64,000 nt of DNA from Eledone cirrhosa (taxonomy: Eukaryota): contig OZ024744.1 in assembly GCA_964016885.1 (NCBI GenBank), positions 82,150,001-82,214,000 of the forward strand, in the 5' to 3' direction. The position numbers and the translations under genes were made by a program. This document shows positions 24,377-39,109 of this stretch, in pieces (within the stretch, counting starts at the first letter, position 1; every line of letters starts with the position of its first letter). The notes beneath the pieces were generated by a model. It did not search any database, was not told the origin of the DNA, and was given only the letters and a program-made list of their open reading frames with translations.

Positions 24377-24559
24377 TTAAAACAATGAAACAAAAAATCA
24401 AGTCATTAGAGATATACTTCACTGCTTTACGATCGTTTCTAGGTGATGATAATACATCGTAACTATACTTCGTTATCGATCTATGTAAGGTTAGTTACAA
24501 ACTATGTGTATATATATATATATATAAATACACACACACACACACATATATATATATAC

Positions 24560-24659
<100 letters not shown>

Positions 24660-24670
24660 GTATATATATA

Positions 24671-24703
<33 letters not shown>

Positions 24704-24756
24704 GTGTATGTATATATATGTATGCATATATATATATATACATATATAAATGTATA

Positions 24757-24833
<77 letters not shown>

Positions 24834-24946
24834 GACTCCAGTTCCTCAGTGAAATAACAACCCAACAAGGAACTGGGCATATCAGAGTATTGACAATATT
24901 ATACACCTAAACAACATATGTACTTGTCTATACCATACTAATTCAA

Positions 24947-25001
24947 ACTGCCTGAAGAGGTCACAGCCAAAGATGGCTGTCACTGAAATATATATAGCAG
25001 T
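24947..25001 (+). ncRNA. Minimal type I hammerhead ribozyme
   Basis: ACTGC-CTGAAGA-GGT(C ACAGCCA aaga TGGCTGT C)ACT-GAAA-TATATATA-GCAGT; compensatory stem-II change versus the 24240 copy. Confidence 0.85.
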
Positions 25002-25039
25002 AATAAACGAAGCTAAACTTTAATCATTTGACTTTTATT

Positions 25040-25102
<63 letters not shown>

Positions 25103-25136
25103 TTATATATGTATATATATATATATATATGCATAC

Positions 25137-25191
<55 letters not shown>

Positions 25192-25944
25192 AATGTCTTC
25201 TACAGGACTGGAACTGTTTCATCGCAGATGATTTCCTTTGAATGAAACAGTTCTAGTCACGTAGAACCCATTTCTATATTAAAAATTTATACTCTGCTAT
25301 GCATTGAGTACCTTACTTACTGTTGTTACCCCAGATTGAACCCGGGATACAAACACACACACACGCACACATAGATATGTAGTAAATGACCGATAAGTTT
25401 TTAAAAGTCTAGTACAAGGTGATAGAAAATACGAAAGGCAAATGATGGTAAATAAAAGAAAGTAAAGTAATGTCTTACCCAATGTATTTTAGTATGATAT
25501 TTCAGGGTTAATATCTCCTTTTCAGATGCAGGGCTCAAACAGTCCAAGATAAAACAAAACGAACGATTTCATTTTTTTTCAGTAACTGGTCTTTGTTGGA
25601 AAATGTATGCGTATATGCATAGTTGCTATAGTAACCATTGCGCCTCGTGTCTTTCTGACCTATTATTTATTTCTGGCTTTAATCAGCTAATTAAAATAGC
25701 TTCCTTAATTCTTAAATTTCCTGTATTCCTTTCTCTCGCTTCTATGGTGACCTCAATGTCTTGGTTGCGACATCTGTTAATGTACCAACAATCCTAGTTT
25801 TCACTGCATATTAAGGGATACTGCTATTTATGTTAACTGTTATTAAAATACCAGAGATGATAAAAATTCTCAAATCCCTTCTGATATTTAGTTACGTCCC
25901 TTCTGATGAATGAATCTCCAGCCTGTGGTGTCTTATAGGAATAT

Positions 25945-26230
25945 TGTGTCAGAAAAGAAACAGAACTGAGGTAGGAAAAAAATATTTCAAATCCAAACTA
26001 CAAACTACAACTTTTTCCCTTTCGAAATAACCCTCCTCGAATCTAACGTACTTTCCCATCTTCTGCGCCACACCTATATGTACTATTGAAAGGATTCTCC
26101 AGGGATTCTCCACAGCTCCGTCGTCATGGCTCTCTTGAAGGCTTTCACGTCCGGAAAACAGGTCCCCTTGTTGACCCTCTTGAACTTGGGAAAAAGGTTG
26201 GTTCGTTGCTCTGTGCACATCACTAGATGA
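25945..26230 (-). mobile_element. Decayed mariner transposase C-terminus and terminal region
   Basis: Frames give FPKFKRVNKGTCFPDVKAFKRAMTTELWRIPGESFQ and KMGKYVRFEEGYFE, similar to mariner C-termini. Confidence 0.7.
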
Positions 26231-26567
26231 CCTAGGAGCTTTTAACAAAAGCAGGTGAAAAAATATACAATGGCTGCAGAGAGCTGAGATTGCATTTATA
26301 TACTTCCCGGATATTACGTCATACGATGATGTAATCCGTTAATATCTACCCCACTCATAGCTCACACAGTACACTTCATCTTGTTACTTTTCTGACACAC
26401 CTCGTAATCAATCGAGAAATGCATTTCAACGCAAAACATAAATGGTCATAACCAAATACCATAGATATTTCTCTGGCATACAAATGATTCTGAAAATCTG
26501 CCCTGAAAAATTCTGTTGTGACTATAGATAACATTATTATTATCTCCATCAAATCACTCTCTATTGC

Positions 26568-26862
26568 AATCATGGGCAACCTGCGGTCAGCGAAGATTTA
26601 AGTCACCTAAGTGAAATCTTTCTGATTTTGTTTACCCCAACTTTTCAGTCATAATTTATCTTTTTATTATTTTTACGGTCGAGGAAAACAACGTGTACGA
26701 ATTCTAAAAAAAAAAATAAACAACAAAAAACAAATCAAAACAACCTAAATTACCAGCTCTTTTTTTTAATGTGGGCACGAATATAAATTAGTGCTTGCAG
26801 CCCGCCTGATGATGAGCCATATCTCATATGGCCTGCTTCTCGAAAAAGCTTGCCCATGCCTA
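26568..26862. mobile_element. Probable hAT-like MITE
   Basis: Inverted termini CATGGGCAA / TTGCCCATG with GCGG../.CCCGC subterminal motifs; TSD not clearly preserved. Confidence 0.55.
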
Positions 26863-29152
26863 CTCTATTGTCTTAAATAAGGAAAAGGTATTTTGTTTAC
26901 GGCCAGGACCATTATCCCATTTTATAGGGGGTATGTAACCCTTAACAAGATTGTCACAACCGGAATATCTTTGATTATAGGTTTCCCCATAAGAATTTGC
27001 ATGAAATAACAACAATAACAATAATAATAATAACAATAACACCAATCATCATCATTATCGTTATCTTCGTAGTCGTTGTTGTTATTGTTTTATTCCCTAG
27101 TCAGTTTTGATAGAACATACAAATGCTACAGCAGATATACACTCAGTCAAATGATCTATTACTTCGGATACACCATGATTCGCCCTAGAGAAGGATCACT
27201 CTGCATATTATTTGCTGTTATTGTTGATAATGATAATGAAGCTGCTGGTGCTGGTGCTGGTGCTGCTGATAATGGCGGTCTTTATGATATGATGATGGTA
27301 TTACTAGTGTTTTATTGATGCTGGATTATTGTTGTCTTCAGAGTGGCGTTACATTAAATGCCCTGTATTATTTATTACAAACCGGGATTTGCGGGTGGTT
27401 TCATCTTTCACGAAGTCCATATGAACTGGCAAGGAATCTTCTTTGTCGTCGCTTGACCAAAGGCTGTCAAATCTTTCTCAACAAATTCCCTGCAGGTTTC
27501 AAATTGAAGAACAGCTGTGAAGCTTTCTCGTTTCGCTGTCACTTGATATGCGTAACGGAATAGCTAAAACCTTCCTCAACCCTGTATCATTAAGCGAAGA
27601 AAACTATGAATCAGCAAAGCATTTTCTACACAGCCATTTAATTTGTATAGAAATAGAAATAAAATGTCTTTGAATATATATATATATATATATATATGTA
27701 TATGTGTATATATTACTAGATCACATAAGAAACGGAGAATCAGTGTTGCGACGAATAACATTTATTAGACATATTACAATCGTTTCTCTGGCGATCAGCT
27801 CGTGGCACGATCGATGTAATGATCGAACCTGACTCTGAAATCGCATGGTCGTCAGATACGTCTCGAAGCAGAGTTTCCAAATGTCCAGTTACACCCACGG
27901 CCCTCACTCGGCAGCTTAGATCATGTTGTTGTCATTCTATGAGTGGCCAAGAATTGTACACGTCATCGGTATTTTTGGCCACTCCTGGCCGTCCTATTTT
28001 TGCTCCCTTTCATTCGCCACCTGTCAATCAAAGTTGTTTCTTAAATCGGAATTACTACTGTAGGAGGTAAGGAGTTGTATGATTGAACCGCTCGTGCTCT
28101 GTGGCCGCCCTCTCAACCTGTAGTCGCCCTCACCCATGTCCATGTTTCGCGTAGCCGTGATTCATATGGGCCACAGCGATCACGTACACACCCGCAACTT
28201 ATTATGTACGACAGTCACAGTAGATGTTGAATGTGCATCGAATAGTTATAAAGAATTTAAAAAAAAAAAGGAAAAACATTTAACAGAACGTTTCAGAAAA
28301 ACACAGCCTCAAAATACCTTAAAAAGTACACATTTAAATACCTTAAAAAACCCTATAAAAAGAATGTTTTTAAAAGAATAGTTGCTATAGCCTTTCAAAA
28401 AAGTTAATTCAAAGGTATTTTTGGTAAATATACACATATCTACACACACACACTGTACTCAGGAAAGCGTATATAGTTAAGACGCTGGACATATATAAAT
28501 ATGAAAAAATGGGAGATCTACACATACATATGCATACACTTACACAGACATGTTTATACAAATACATCCACCCAGACATGCATACACATGCATGTGTGCA
28601 TATGTGCGTGGGTTATATAAGATACAGAGGGACTGACGATCCAAGGGACTGGGTAAGAGCCTGCACATCAACCATGCACATGAGACAGGTTTCGTGACTG
28701 GTGGACACAGGGGATCGTGTGTGCATACACAAACAAGATATATATATATTGTGAATGTGTAGAATATCCTTTTCACAATAGTATATATGAAATGTACATG
28801 GAATGGATGCATACATGGAACATATCGTAAATGTATAGAATATGTGTTTCATAACAGTGCATACGAAATGTACATGGAATGGATGCATACATGGAATATA
28901 CCAGCGGCTATATATATATATAGTAATAATAATAAATGTGAAGACTAAAATTCAAAGAGGGTTCGATAAGGATAAATATATATCAAATATACATACATGC
29001 ACACACATATATATATGTACGTATGGATTCACCGAACATTTATTATAATGCTCGGTGTGCTTGAAAACATATGTATATGTACGTATACATACTTATATTT
29101 AAGTAACAGCCGTACTAAGAGTGGGAAATGAAATTTCGTTTCATTTTTTTCC

Positions 29153-29247
<95 letters not shown>

Positions 29248-29295
29248 AGAAAAACCAGATGTGAGAAAAACCACAGACCCTCCATCTCAACTCTA

Positions 29296-29331
29296 CTTTT
29301 GAAAAGCAGAAGAACTGCGAAACCGGTAAAG
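29296..29331 (+). ncRNA. Ultra-minimal hammerhead, U3-A8 variant
   Basis: CTT-TTGAAAA-GCAG aagaa CTGC-GAAA-CCGG-TA-AAG, followed by AATAAA and (TA)n. Confidence 0.7.
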
Positions 29332-29463
29332 GAACCAAATAAATATATATATTTAAAAAAAAAATAAGACTCCAGTTGCATTTTCGATTTCATCTCTTTT
29401 TCTTTATACTTTCACTCGTGTAGGACACCTCGATTATTTTTCATTTTGTAAAAAAAACTTCAC

Positions 29464-29540
<77 letters not shown>

Positions 29541-29543
29541 TGT

Positions 29544-29634
<91 letters not shown>

Positions 29635-29798
29635 TATATGTATATATACATATATTGTTCAGATTTAGCTGTCGGAACGGTCGGAGCTCAGCCGTCGGGG
29701 TCCTGACTTTTCTCCTATTACTCCCCACTCTACTACTCTAAGTATCGAGTATTCTGCTGTGTTATGGTCCACCTAGTTTCTTACCACACTTTCTTTGT

Positions 29799-29839
<41 letters not shown>

Positions 29840-29877
29840 ATGAGTGTGTGTAATCGGAGCTTTTAGAATATTAATAA

Positions 29878-30064
29878 TTGTTTCTACTTTAGGCACAAGG
29901 CCAGCAAATTACCCAGTGTATTACTGGTACTTTATTTTATCGACCCCGTAAGGATGAAAGGCAAAGTCAACCTCGGCGGGATTTGAACTCAGATCGTAAA
30001 GGGACGTAACTATGCTGGAAAGCATGGCGTCCGACCTTCTACCGATACTGCCAATCCACCACCC
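29878..30064 (-). mobile_element. Full-length SINE S1 copy with ~18-bp TSD
   Basis: TTTTAGAATATTAATAAT at 29861-29878 and 30065-30082. Confidence 0.9.
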
Positions 30065-30143
30065 TTTTAGAATATTAATAATAATATTCGATTCGTTTGC
30101 AATTATACAAACAGCCTCTTATATATATATATATATAACTATT

Positions 30144-30179
<36 letters not shown>

Positions 30180-30374
30180 AATAGTTATATATATATAGGA
30201 GGCTGTTTGTATAATTGCAAACGAATCGAATATTATTATTAATAATCGAAAACCTCAGATTACACACACACATACACACACACACACGCGCATGTATATA
30301 TAATAATTGTATATATAATAATGAAGATAAGTAAGAGTATATTTTAATCTTATCATTTTATTGATTACCTTGTT

Positions 30375-30432
30375 ACTATTATATATATTGCTGTCGTATC
30401 TATTATGTAATAGATACGACCTCATCAGACAA
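30375..30432 (-). ncRNA. Degenerate hammerhead of the 24240 type
   Basis: TTGT-CTGATGA-GGTCGTATCTATT..AATAGATACGACA-GCAA-TATATATA-ATAG; GAAA mutated to GCAA. Confidence 0.6.
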
Positions 30433-31439
30433 CTAGTGTAATCTTTTGTTCAACGTGTGAGATGCCCCGGGTGTGTTTTGATGTTACACCTCCAACGCCT
30501 AGCCTTTCTTAAGAAACCAAACAACAAAAAGCATCCCCCCTCCCCCCAGAAAAATACAAAACAAAAATAGTCAGCTTCAACATATTTAAAATAGAGGCAG
30601 TAAGAATTAAGAAGGAAGCTTCTTCCTTCTTAACGACTCAATACGACCAATGCTGCTGTCAAATTTTCTCGATAAATTTTCTTATAACTTCAAAATAGGA
30701 ATCTATATGAACCGATAGAGAATCTTCTACGTTATATTTTAGTAGTCGAATATCATTCATCAAACTAACTACTGTAATTAAAACAAGGGATTACAGAGGA
30801 CTACTCCTTTATGTTTAATATTTCACGAAAGCATGACCCGAAAATATGGCGGCTGTGTGTATGGAGTAGAATGTTCGACTGAATATTGGTTTCGCATCAG
30901 GTAATTTTGTTTGAACAGTCTACTAACGCTGATCTCGATAATAGAAATAATATATTCAATAACAGCAACGAAAACGATGACGACGATATCGACGACAACA
31001 ACAACAATGACAATTAGCAACAATTTGAAATAGCGTTAATAGCTGCTGTTATGGTCTAATGATTAGATGATTAAATACTGATTCAGAAAAGTTAATTTCA
31101 TGAAAGTAGCACAGCAAGGTGTTATAAACATAGTATCAAATAGCCAGAAGATTTTTCCTTTGTTTTGCTATAATTATTGTTAGAGTGTTTCTATATATTT
31201 AAAAGAAAATATTTGTGCGTTAAAGAAATATACATGATTTCCCAAACCTTACGTCTCATACACACACGTATATTAATGGGAAATGTATACAAACGTCTCT
31301 CTCTAAATATGTATACATTTGCTCCTGATATCTATAATGTTAGTTGAAGTATTTTTTGCATACCTTTTGGTCTGCTTGTTCCCTCTCGCTTACTCCTTAT
31401 TATATATGGGCTTATTTTATATTTTTCATTGTAAAATTG

Positions 31440-31730
31440 GTTTTGACATGGAACACTTTTACTCGAGCTTATTGTAAACCCCCATTGTCCGTGTCTTTAT
31501 ATTGACCCCTACATGTCGGCGCTTGTGGCCACTAAATGATATCGTTGTGGATTGGCAGTATCGGTAGAGGGTCGGACACCATGTTTTGACGCATAGAGTT
31601 ACGGCCCTTGCCATTCTGATTCAAATCTCGTCGAGGTTAACTTTGCCTTTCATCCTATCGGGGTCGATGAAATAAAGTACCAGTAATGCACTGGGTATTT
31701 TCTGGCCTTGTGCCAAAAGTAGAAACAGTT
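31440..31730 (+). mobile_element. 3' end of sister Tx1 family (to ~31545) directly followed by SINE S1 (31547-31730)
   Basis: TGTAAACCCCC...CCTACATGTCGGCGCTTGTGGCCACTAAATGATATC matches the 16516-16561 tip. Confidence 0.75.
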
Positions 31731-32255
31731 ATTATACATGTGCTTTCTAGGTTTGTAATTTGACAGAATGGCTGACGGCTGAAGTATGTATAAATAATAA
31801 CATGTTGCTTACTGAGGAGAGCCAAACATTTTATGATGCTTTTTATCTAACAATGGTATTTCGCATTATTTCTTTTTGACTAGAAACAGGTCTGTAGAAG
31901 GCCTTAGGAATCGGTATTTATTAAGTTCATTGCTTGCCTTCCCGTTTTTCTTATGTCTTTTATATTTATATATCTACACATGGTCTTCGATATGTTTGCC
32001 TAGGTAATATTAACTGATCTATACGCTCCGATCAGTTCTTTTCGCAAATACTTTGTCATTGAAAGATTACCAGTCAATATGATCGATATTATTGCGTATT
32101 GATAAAAATTATTCATTCTTATATATATATATATATATATATAAAGAGTCAGGACCCCAGATTCTGACTATTTTCCTATTACCCACTCAACTACCCTAAG
32201 TATTGAGTACTCTGGTGCGTTTTGGTCCAACTGGTATCTTACCACATCCTCTTTG

Positions 32256-32303
<48 letters not shown>

Positions 32304-32423
32304 CGTTTTGGTGAAATAAGTCTTCTATCATTATATGTCTCTTAGGTTAATCAGTAGAATATGTGTTTATGAATGTTACACACACACACACACACACATA
32401 CATACACACACACATACACACAC

Positions 32424-32531
<108 letters not shown>

Positions 32532-32539
32532 ATGGGTGT

Positions 32540-32585
<46 letters not shown>

Positions 32586-33267
32586 CATTCATAACCACAT
32601 ATTCTGGTGATTAACCTAAGAGACATATAATGATAGAAGACTTATTTCACCAAAACTCTTCCACTTCAGTCAGATATCTCCATCAATCGATAGATATGAA
32701 TTTATCAAACTGCTCTCCCCCAGAGGTCAAAATTTAACACCATAAGTTCAAACCTTATTTATGTTCTACCATTTTTCATATTCCATTTATTTTTATGTCC
32801 ATTTATTTTCATATTCCATTTATTTTTATGTCCATGGGCCTGAGACCCCAAATTATAAACAGGTGTATAAATAAATGTCAACTATTTCATATAGAAATGT
32901 TCCTCCCAAACCAAATAGTGGGAAAATCTTCTGTGTCTTCCTAATTGCAGAGAAAAGGTATTTAAGGCATTTTATTTCTCGTTGTTCTATATATGACAGA
33001 GGTATTGATGCAATTCCCTTTGACGCAGACATTTCTTCTGTCAGTAGAGCTGTAGAGCTTTCATCCGTCTGTTTAAAATATATACAGCGAAGAAAGGCAT
33101 TCTGCTAGAAACACTTTCCTTATTTCTGAATTCAAACTATTCATTCGTTTCTTTGCTGGCAAGTCGCATATGTATGAATTAGTGCCGCCGGGAAAAAGAA
33201 AACAGTTGCGTGAGTACATCTTTGTTGTTGACTGTTATTTCTATACTAATATCTACTGAATAATAAT

Positions 33268-33610
33268 TGATTCTACTTTTGGCACAAGGCCAGCAATTAT
33301 CCCAAGGTATTACTGGTACTTTATTTTATCCACCCCATAAGGATGAAAGGCAAAGTTAACCTCGGCAGGATTTGAACTCAGACTGTAAAGAGTGGTAACT
33401 CTATGCTGCAAAGCATGATGTCTGATTCTCTGCCGATACTGCCAATATAATAATAATAATTGTTTCTACCTTTAGCACAAGGCCAGCAAATGGACCTTGA
33501 AAAAGTTGATGAAAGCTTTGCCGAAGAGGAATGTGTTTGTCTTCAGTCCTTTCTGCCGCGTCGACCACACAATCTCTTCCGTCACACTCACAAGGCTAAT
33601 GACATCTGGT
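33268..33610 (-). mobile_element. SINE S1 copy, S1 3' tip, and divergent Tx1 ORF2 fragment (33490-33610)
   Basis: ORF 33472-33654 SLVSVTEEIVWSTRQKGLKTNTFLFGKAFINFFKVHL aligns to ORF2 CVIAMAKEVVWWTRLKGLRSDTFLSGQQLILFFKYHF. Confidence 0.8.
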
Positions 33611-34768
33611 GTGACACACCTGCTTTGTATATCTGTACGAAATGAGGGGAACACCCAAGGTATTCACCAGGCGTAATCCCGAACTACCAACGAGAGACTA
33701 CGAGACTCCGTACACAGTCTCCGTGACAGTTCACTTCAGTTCTTATTTATAGAGTTTTCACCTAATCCACTTTTAGTTACGCGGGTGCATTCAGGGTTTT
33801 TTCCCCACAACACCCTTTCCAACCAAAAGAAGGCGGTGGGACGATCGTTTACTGTTAACTGCTCCCAATCTTAATGGTGTTGTATGGCATGTCATTCAAA
33901 TTAAGATTATGGACTTGTTGAAACATATCACTTGTGAGATGTCCACAAGCTTTTGGATTTTTGTATGTACAGTAGTAGAGATTTGAATTTCAGCTAAATT
34001 GTTGGTGTGTTGTTTTTTGCTAGATTAGGCTGAGCAATGCTTATATGTTTATCAGTGGAAGTGGGATCGCTGACTTCAGCGGCTGGCTTTGTATTGCTAA
34101 CTTGTTTTGAATCAGACAGTTCTGTTAAATAGCTAATGATACGATTTGCCTATTCATTAAAATGTTTTTTGGGAAAAATCTAATTCTGGGCGCTTGAAAC
34201 ACTTCAATTTTTTTAACCTTTGCATAAAACCGAACTGTTTTGGTCAGATTGTATATATGCTTCATATAGATCTTTGTTAAGATTGTATACAATGATTGTA
34301 GTCACGATTTGATAGAAGGAGACTTATATGTTTAGCCATAGTGATTTTGTCTATTCACTGATATTTGTTACTTTTAAAAATAGACAATGATCTTTGGAAG
34401 TTTCGACAAAGCACGACTTTGGTAATCTTTCCATTCAGGTCGTTTTTAATTTTAAAATTATATTTAAACGTTTATATTTAGCGTTGGTTTTAGTGAGCTC
34501 TTTTGAAACGTCACATGGCTTATCAATATGTGTAATTTTTAGTACGCTGTGTTTATATAAATATGTTAAAATGAATGTAACGTTGATATAGATATGTTAC
34601 AATATATGTAATGTTTAAACACTTATGTAATTCGTATGTAATCTTACCGCATTTTGTAGCTCAACGTTACCAATATATAGTATGGTACCTTCATATAAGC
34701 AGTAGTTTTATACGTCTGATAATCGGATTAACTACAAATTCGCCATTTTGTATGTATGTATATTTTTA

Positions 34769-35065
34769 GTGAAGGCACATGGCTTAGTGATTAGAACGCC
34801 GGGCTTACAATCGTGAGGTTGTGAGTTCGATTTCCGGACTGAGCTGTGTGTTGTGTTCTTGAGCAAGACACTTTATTTCACGTTACTCCAGCTAACTCCG
34901 CTTGTAAAAATGAGCCATAGCCTTTCCCTTAGATAACATTGGTGGCATGGAGAGGGAAGGCTGGCATGCATGGGCGACTGCTGGTTTACCCCACGCAACC
35001 TTGCCTCGGAGGGCAACTTTCTAGGTGTAAATCCTAGGGTCACTTGTGACGGAACGGGGTCTTTA
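34769..35065 (+). mobile_element. SINE S2-type copy
   Basis: A-box TGGCTTAGTGA, B-box GAGTTCGATTTCC, GTGTTCTTGAGCAAGACACTTT domain. Confidence 0.8.
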
Positions 35066-35307
35066 TGTTTTTAGTGAACATTACACAAAAAGATTGGATT
35101 TCCTATTGCAAAACAGTGACCAGGTCGCAAACAGCATGAACCAAATTTTGACACCCAGAAATGTCTGTTTTTAAACAGCTAAAATGGCTTTCCCATGTTG
35201 TAATTGCTTTAGATTCAAGACATAGTTCCAGATAAAAACGAAAAAAAGAAAAAAAAAAAAACAAACAAAAAAACAAACAAACAAAAAAAAAAAACATTTA
35301 CTATCTA

Positions 35308-35723
35308 TCTATATAATACTAAAAGTATGTGATTGCTTGCTTTTAAGTGAACATGATTTAAAGAAATATATTTTGAAGTGAACGTGACCCAACGGGTCAC
35401 GGGTGGTCTAGTATATTCCTAAAACTGTGATTGTTTGCTTGCTTGTCTGATATGTAATACAGCCAAAAGGGCGCACAATGGGAAAATACTTTGAAAGGAA
35501 GTTGACCCTGAAATGGGAATATAAATGGAATAAAACAAGTTTCGCGTAAATCGGAGGACGAGTTCCCGGATACCTTCATAAACAGAGAGGGAGAGAGAGA
35601 GTGTGTGTGAGAGAGAGAGAGAGAGGAAGAAAGAGAGCGAGAGAGAGAGAGCTGGTGTTATTGTTGTGTATATATATGTGTGTGTGTGTGTGTCTATGAC
35701 CAGTGTATATAGATCACAGACAC

Positions 35724-35772
<49 letters not shown>

Positions 35773-35972
35773 TATATATACATATGTATTCAAACACACA
35801 CACATATATATATATACATACACACACGTATACATATAGGCCTTCCAGTTTCACTTCACATTATATACATGCCTGTGTATATTTTTATTATTTAAAAATT
35901 ATTTTTAAGTGAACATGATTTAAAAAAAATATTTTGAAGTGAACATGACCCAACGGGTCACGGGTGGTCTAG
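35308..35972 (+). mobile_element. Two tandem non-autonomous Helitron-like units
   Basis: 5' TCTATATAATACTAAA; both units end in hairpin TGACCC-AAC-GGGTCA then CTAG-T (35408-35411 and 35969-35972). Confidence 0.75.
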
Positions 35973-36046
35973 TAATTTATAAATTGCCACGGAATTTTGA
36001 CAACCCGGGTGTAATAATAATATTAAAATCAATCAATCGGTAATAA

Positions 36047-36797
36047 TTGTTTCTACTTTAGGCACAAGGCCAGCAATTACCTAGTACATTACTGGTACTT
36101 TATTTTATCGACTCCGTAAGGATGAAAGGCAAAGTTAACCTCGGCGGGATTTGAACTCAGACTGTAAAGGGACGTAACTATGCTAGAAAGCATGACGTCC
36201 GACCCTCTACTGATACTGCCAATCCACACCATCAATAATAATGATAATGATTTCTACTTTAGGCACAAGGCCAACAATTTTGGGGGATGGCAAAATCGAT
36301 TAAATCGACCTCAGTCATTACTTGTGCTTTATTTTACCGACCTCGTAAGGTAAAGCTAACATAGGCAGGATTTGAATTCAGAACGTAAAAGAACGTAACT
36401 CTATACTGCAAACGTGTTGTCCGACGCTCTACCGATACTGCCTATCCTCCGCCGTCAATAATAATAATAATTGTTTCTACTTTAGGCACAAGGCCAGCAA
36501 CAACCCAGTACATTACTGGTACTTTATTTTATCGACCCCGTAAGGATGAAAGGCAAAGTTAATAATAATAATAATAATAATGATTTCTACTATAGGCATA
36601 AGGCCAGTAATTTGGTGAGAGGGGAAAGTCGATTAAATCGACCCCAGTACGTTACTGGTACTTTATTTTATCAACCCCGTAAGGATGAAAAGTAAAGTTA
36701 ACCTCGACAGGATTTGAACTCAGAATGTAATGGGCCGTAACTATAAGCTACGAAGCATGGCGTCCGGTGCTCTACCGTTACTGCCAATCCACCGCCG
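36047..36797 (-). mobile_element. Head-to-tail array of 4 SINE S1 copies separated by (AAT)n
   Basis: Units ~36047-36227, 36250-36450, 36471-36560 and 36581-36792. Confidence 0.9.
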
Positions 36798-36804
36798 TAA
36801 ATAA

Positions 36805-36835
<31 letters not shown>

Positions 36836-37104
36836 AACAATGGCGGTAAAATGTAATATAATTAATATAATTACATCCATAATGAGTTAATGATATCAGG
36901 TATATTTAGTCGTAAAACTCTTAATTAAACAGATTATCAATAGTTATTATTAATACTTATTGATTCATTAATCCTGGACCACATTAACAAGGCAGACTTG
37001 ATCCCTTTGGTCGACAAATTCTCCTTTTCAAATATTAACTCTCGCCTTTTCAATACAATTTTATATTATGTAATGCAGTATATGTTAATATTCTATTGCC
37101 TCTC

Positions 37105-37250
37105 TTTCTTCTTCTTCTTTTTCTTCTTCTTCTTCTTCTTCTTCTTCTTCTTCTTCTTCTTCTTCTTCTTCTTCTTCTTCTTCTTCTTCTTCTTCTTCTT
37201 CTTCTTCTTCTTCTTCTTCTCCTCCTCCTCCTCCTCCTCCTCCTCCTCCG
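37105..37250. repeat. (TTC)n-(TCC)n pure pyrimidine tract
   Basis: Direct reading; followed by (ATGT)n. Confidence 0.95.
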
Positions 37251-37672
37251 CCACCTCCTCTTGTGGTTGTTGTTCTGGCGATATTGGTGTATGTATGTAT
37301 GTATGTATGTATGTATGTATGTATGTATGTATGTATGTATGTATGTATGTATGTATGTATTCATGTATGTATGCATGTATGTATGTATATATGTATGCAT
37401 GTATGCATATATGTATTCATGTATGTATATATGTATGTATGTATACATGTATGTATGTATGTATGCATGTATGTATGTATGCATGCATGTACGTGTGCGC
37501 ATGTATGTATGCATGTACGTGTGTGTGTATGTATGTATGTATGTGTGTGTGCGTGTGTATGTGTGTATGTGTGTGTGTATATATGTGTGTGTGTGTGTGT
37601 GTGTATGTGTGCATGGGTGTGTGTATTTATGTATGTATATATGTATATAAATATATATGTATTCAGACATAA

Positions 37673-37730
<58 letters not shown>

Positions 37731-38424
37731 GAATACAAATACATCTTTTTTCCCACTGTTGTTTGTTACTGGTTGTTTCCCTAAAATGTTCTCGACTGTT
37801 CCGTCGTTATTAATGTTGAACAAGATAAGATCTTGACAAATTTTGTTGGTGAGATTAAAACGTGTTTGCGGAATTTGGCGATTCTCACTCGGGATTTGAT
37901 TCGTTATTTTATATTTTATATTTCGTTAGTTTATTCTTTTTTAGCCTTAAGGATTTTTTGCGGTGAGTAGTGGGATTGCGTGGGACTTGGGTCCTATATT
38001 GGCAATGAAGAAGGAAACAAAAATGATTTTCTTTTGTTTGGTAAAGGTAGAAATAGATGTTGGTTGTTGTTGTTGATTAGCTCCAAGACTCTAACCAAAC
38101 ATTATCTAACAGACATATGAACATATATGTCACAGCCGTGACCACCATGAATGTTTTCCCCCAGACATAGCGTGGTGTCTTCAGACTACCTTATATGCAA
38201 GTTACGTCAGTCATAATATATTCAAAGACTAGACGTTTTAAATTAACTTTGAGAGATTCTTAGACTACTGAAATATCTCCCGCGTTTCTTTAAGAGTCGC
38301 GAACAATGGCTGCTAATGTTTATTTGTTATTTTTTATTATTATTATTCATCTAAGAGAAAAGTTTCAATTAATTAAGAACGTTTTACGTACGTCATTCAA
38401 TACATATCCCCTTAAGTTATTTAA

Positions 38425-38742
38425 CCAATTTCATGCCATTGGTCCATTTGTGTTATTTCTCTCACCTCATTTTATTTTTTAATTAATATATTTTATGCAA
38501 TGGGCATAGAAAAATTTAATTAGAAATTCTTATGCAGTGAGAAAAAGACAATATTATCTCAACGAGTAATATCATTTTAATAATTTCGGTAAGTACAAGA
38601 GACAACTCTGGACAAATTTCACTCTTGATAGACACCCGCAACACACTTCCCGAAATAGATGAGAAACTCACTAAGTAGGTGTATAATATTATACACTGGT
38701 TACTGTAAACAATTCGCATATTTAAACAATGCATGGGGGAGG
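38425..38742. mobile_element. Possible decayed piggyBac-like MITE
   Basis: TTAA on both sides, CC...GG ends and inverted CATGC; TIR imperfect. Confidence 0.3.
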
Positions 38743-39109
38743 TTAATTACGTTTTCTCACCGCATATAACTAAATCAATGCTAACTTAACTATTGCTTTT
38801 CATGTTGAAGACGTCTCTGAGCAATTAATGACAGTGATTTATATATCATCAGGTGTACACTACGTCTGAATATATCATACTTTAAGTTGTTGTTTACGAC
38901 AACCACGATGAATAATAGTTGTTGTTTAGTTATAAATGAAACCTGATTCAGTAATTATATGAACAAAGATATTTCAGCTGTAACCATGCCGCTTTTTTTG
39001 TTCTGACCCAATGTAACTAAGAGTATATTACCCAATGTGATTTTTTTTTAACAGTAGGGTGTTATTCCTGGCAGGTCGAGTGACTACGTAGAAACACCCT
39101 CGTTTATAA

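Noticed and set aside
26805-26860. CTGATGA...GAAA hammerhead candidate
   Set aside because: Stems I and III and the NUH site do not form properly; overlaps a MITE terminus
27400-28000. Possible Tc1/mariner remnant
   Set aside because: Only a TACAGGG-like terminus on the minus strand; no convincing transposase motif by eye
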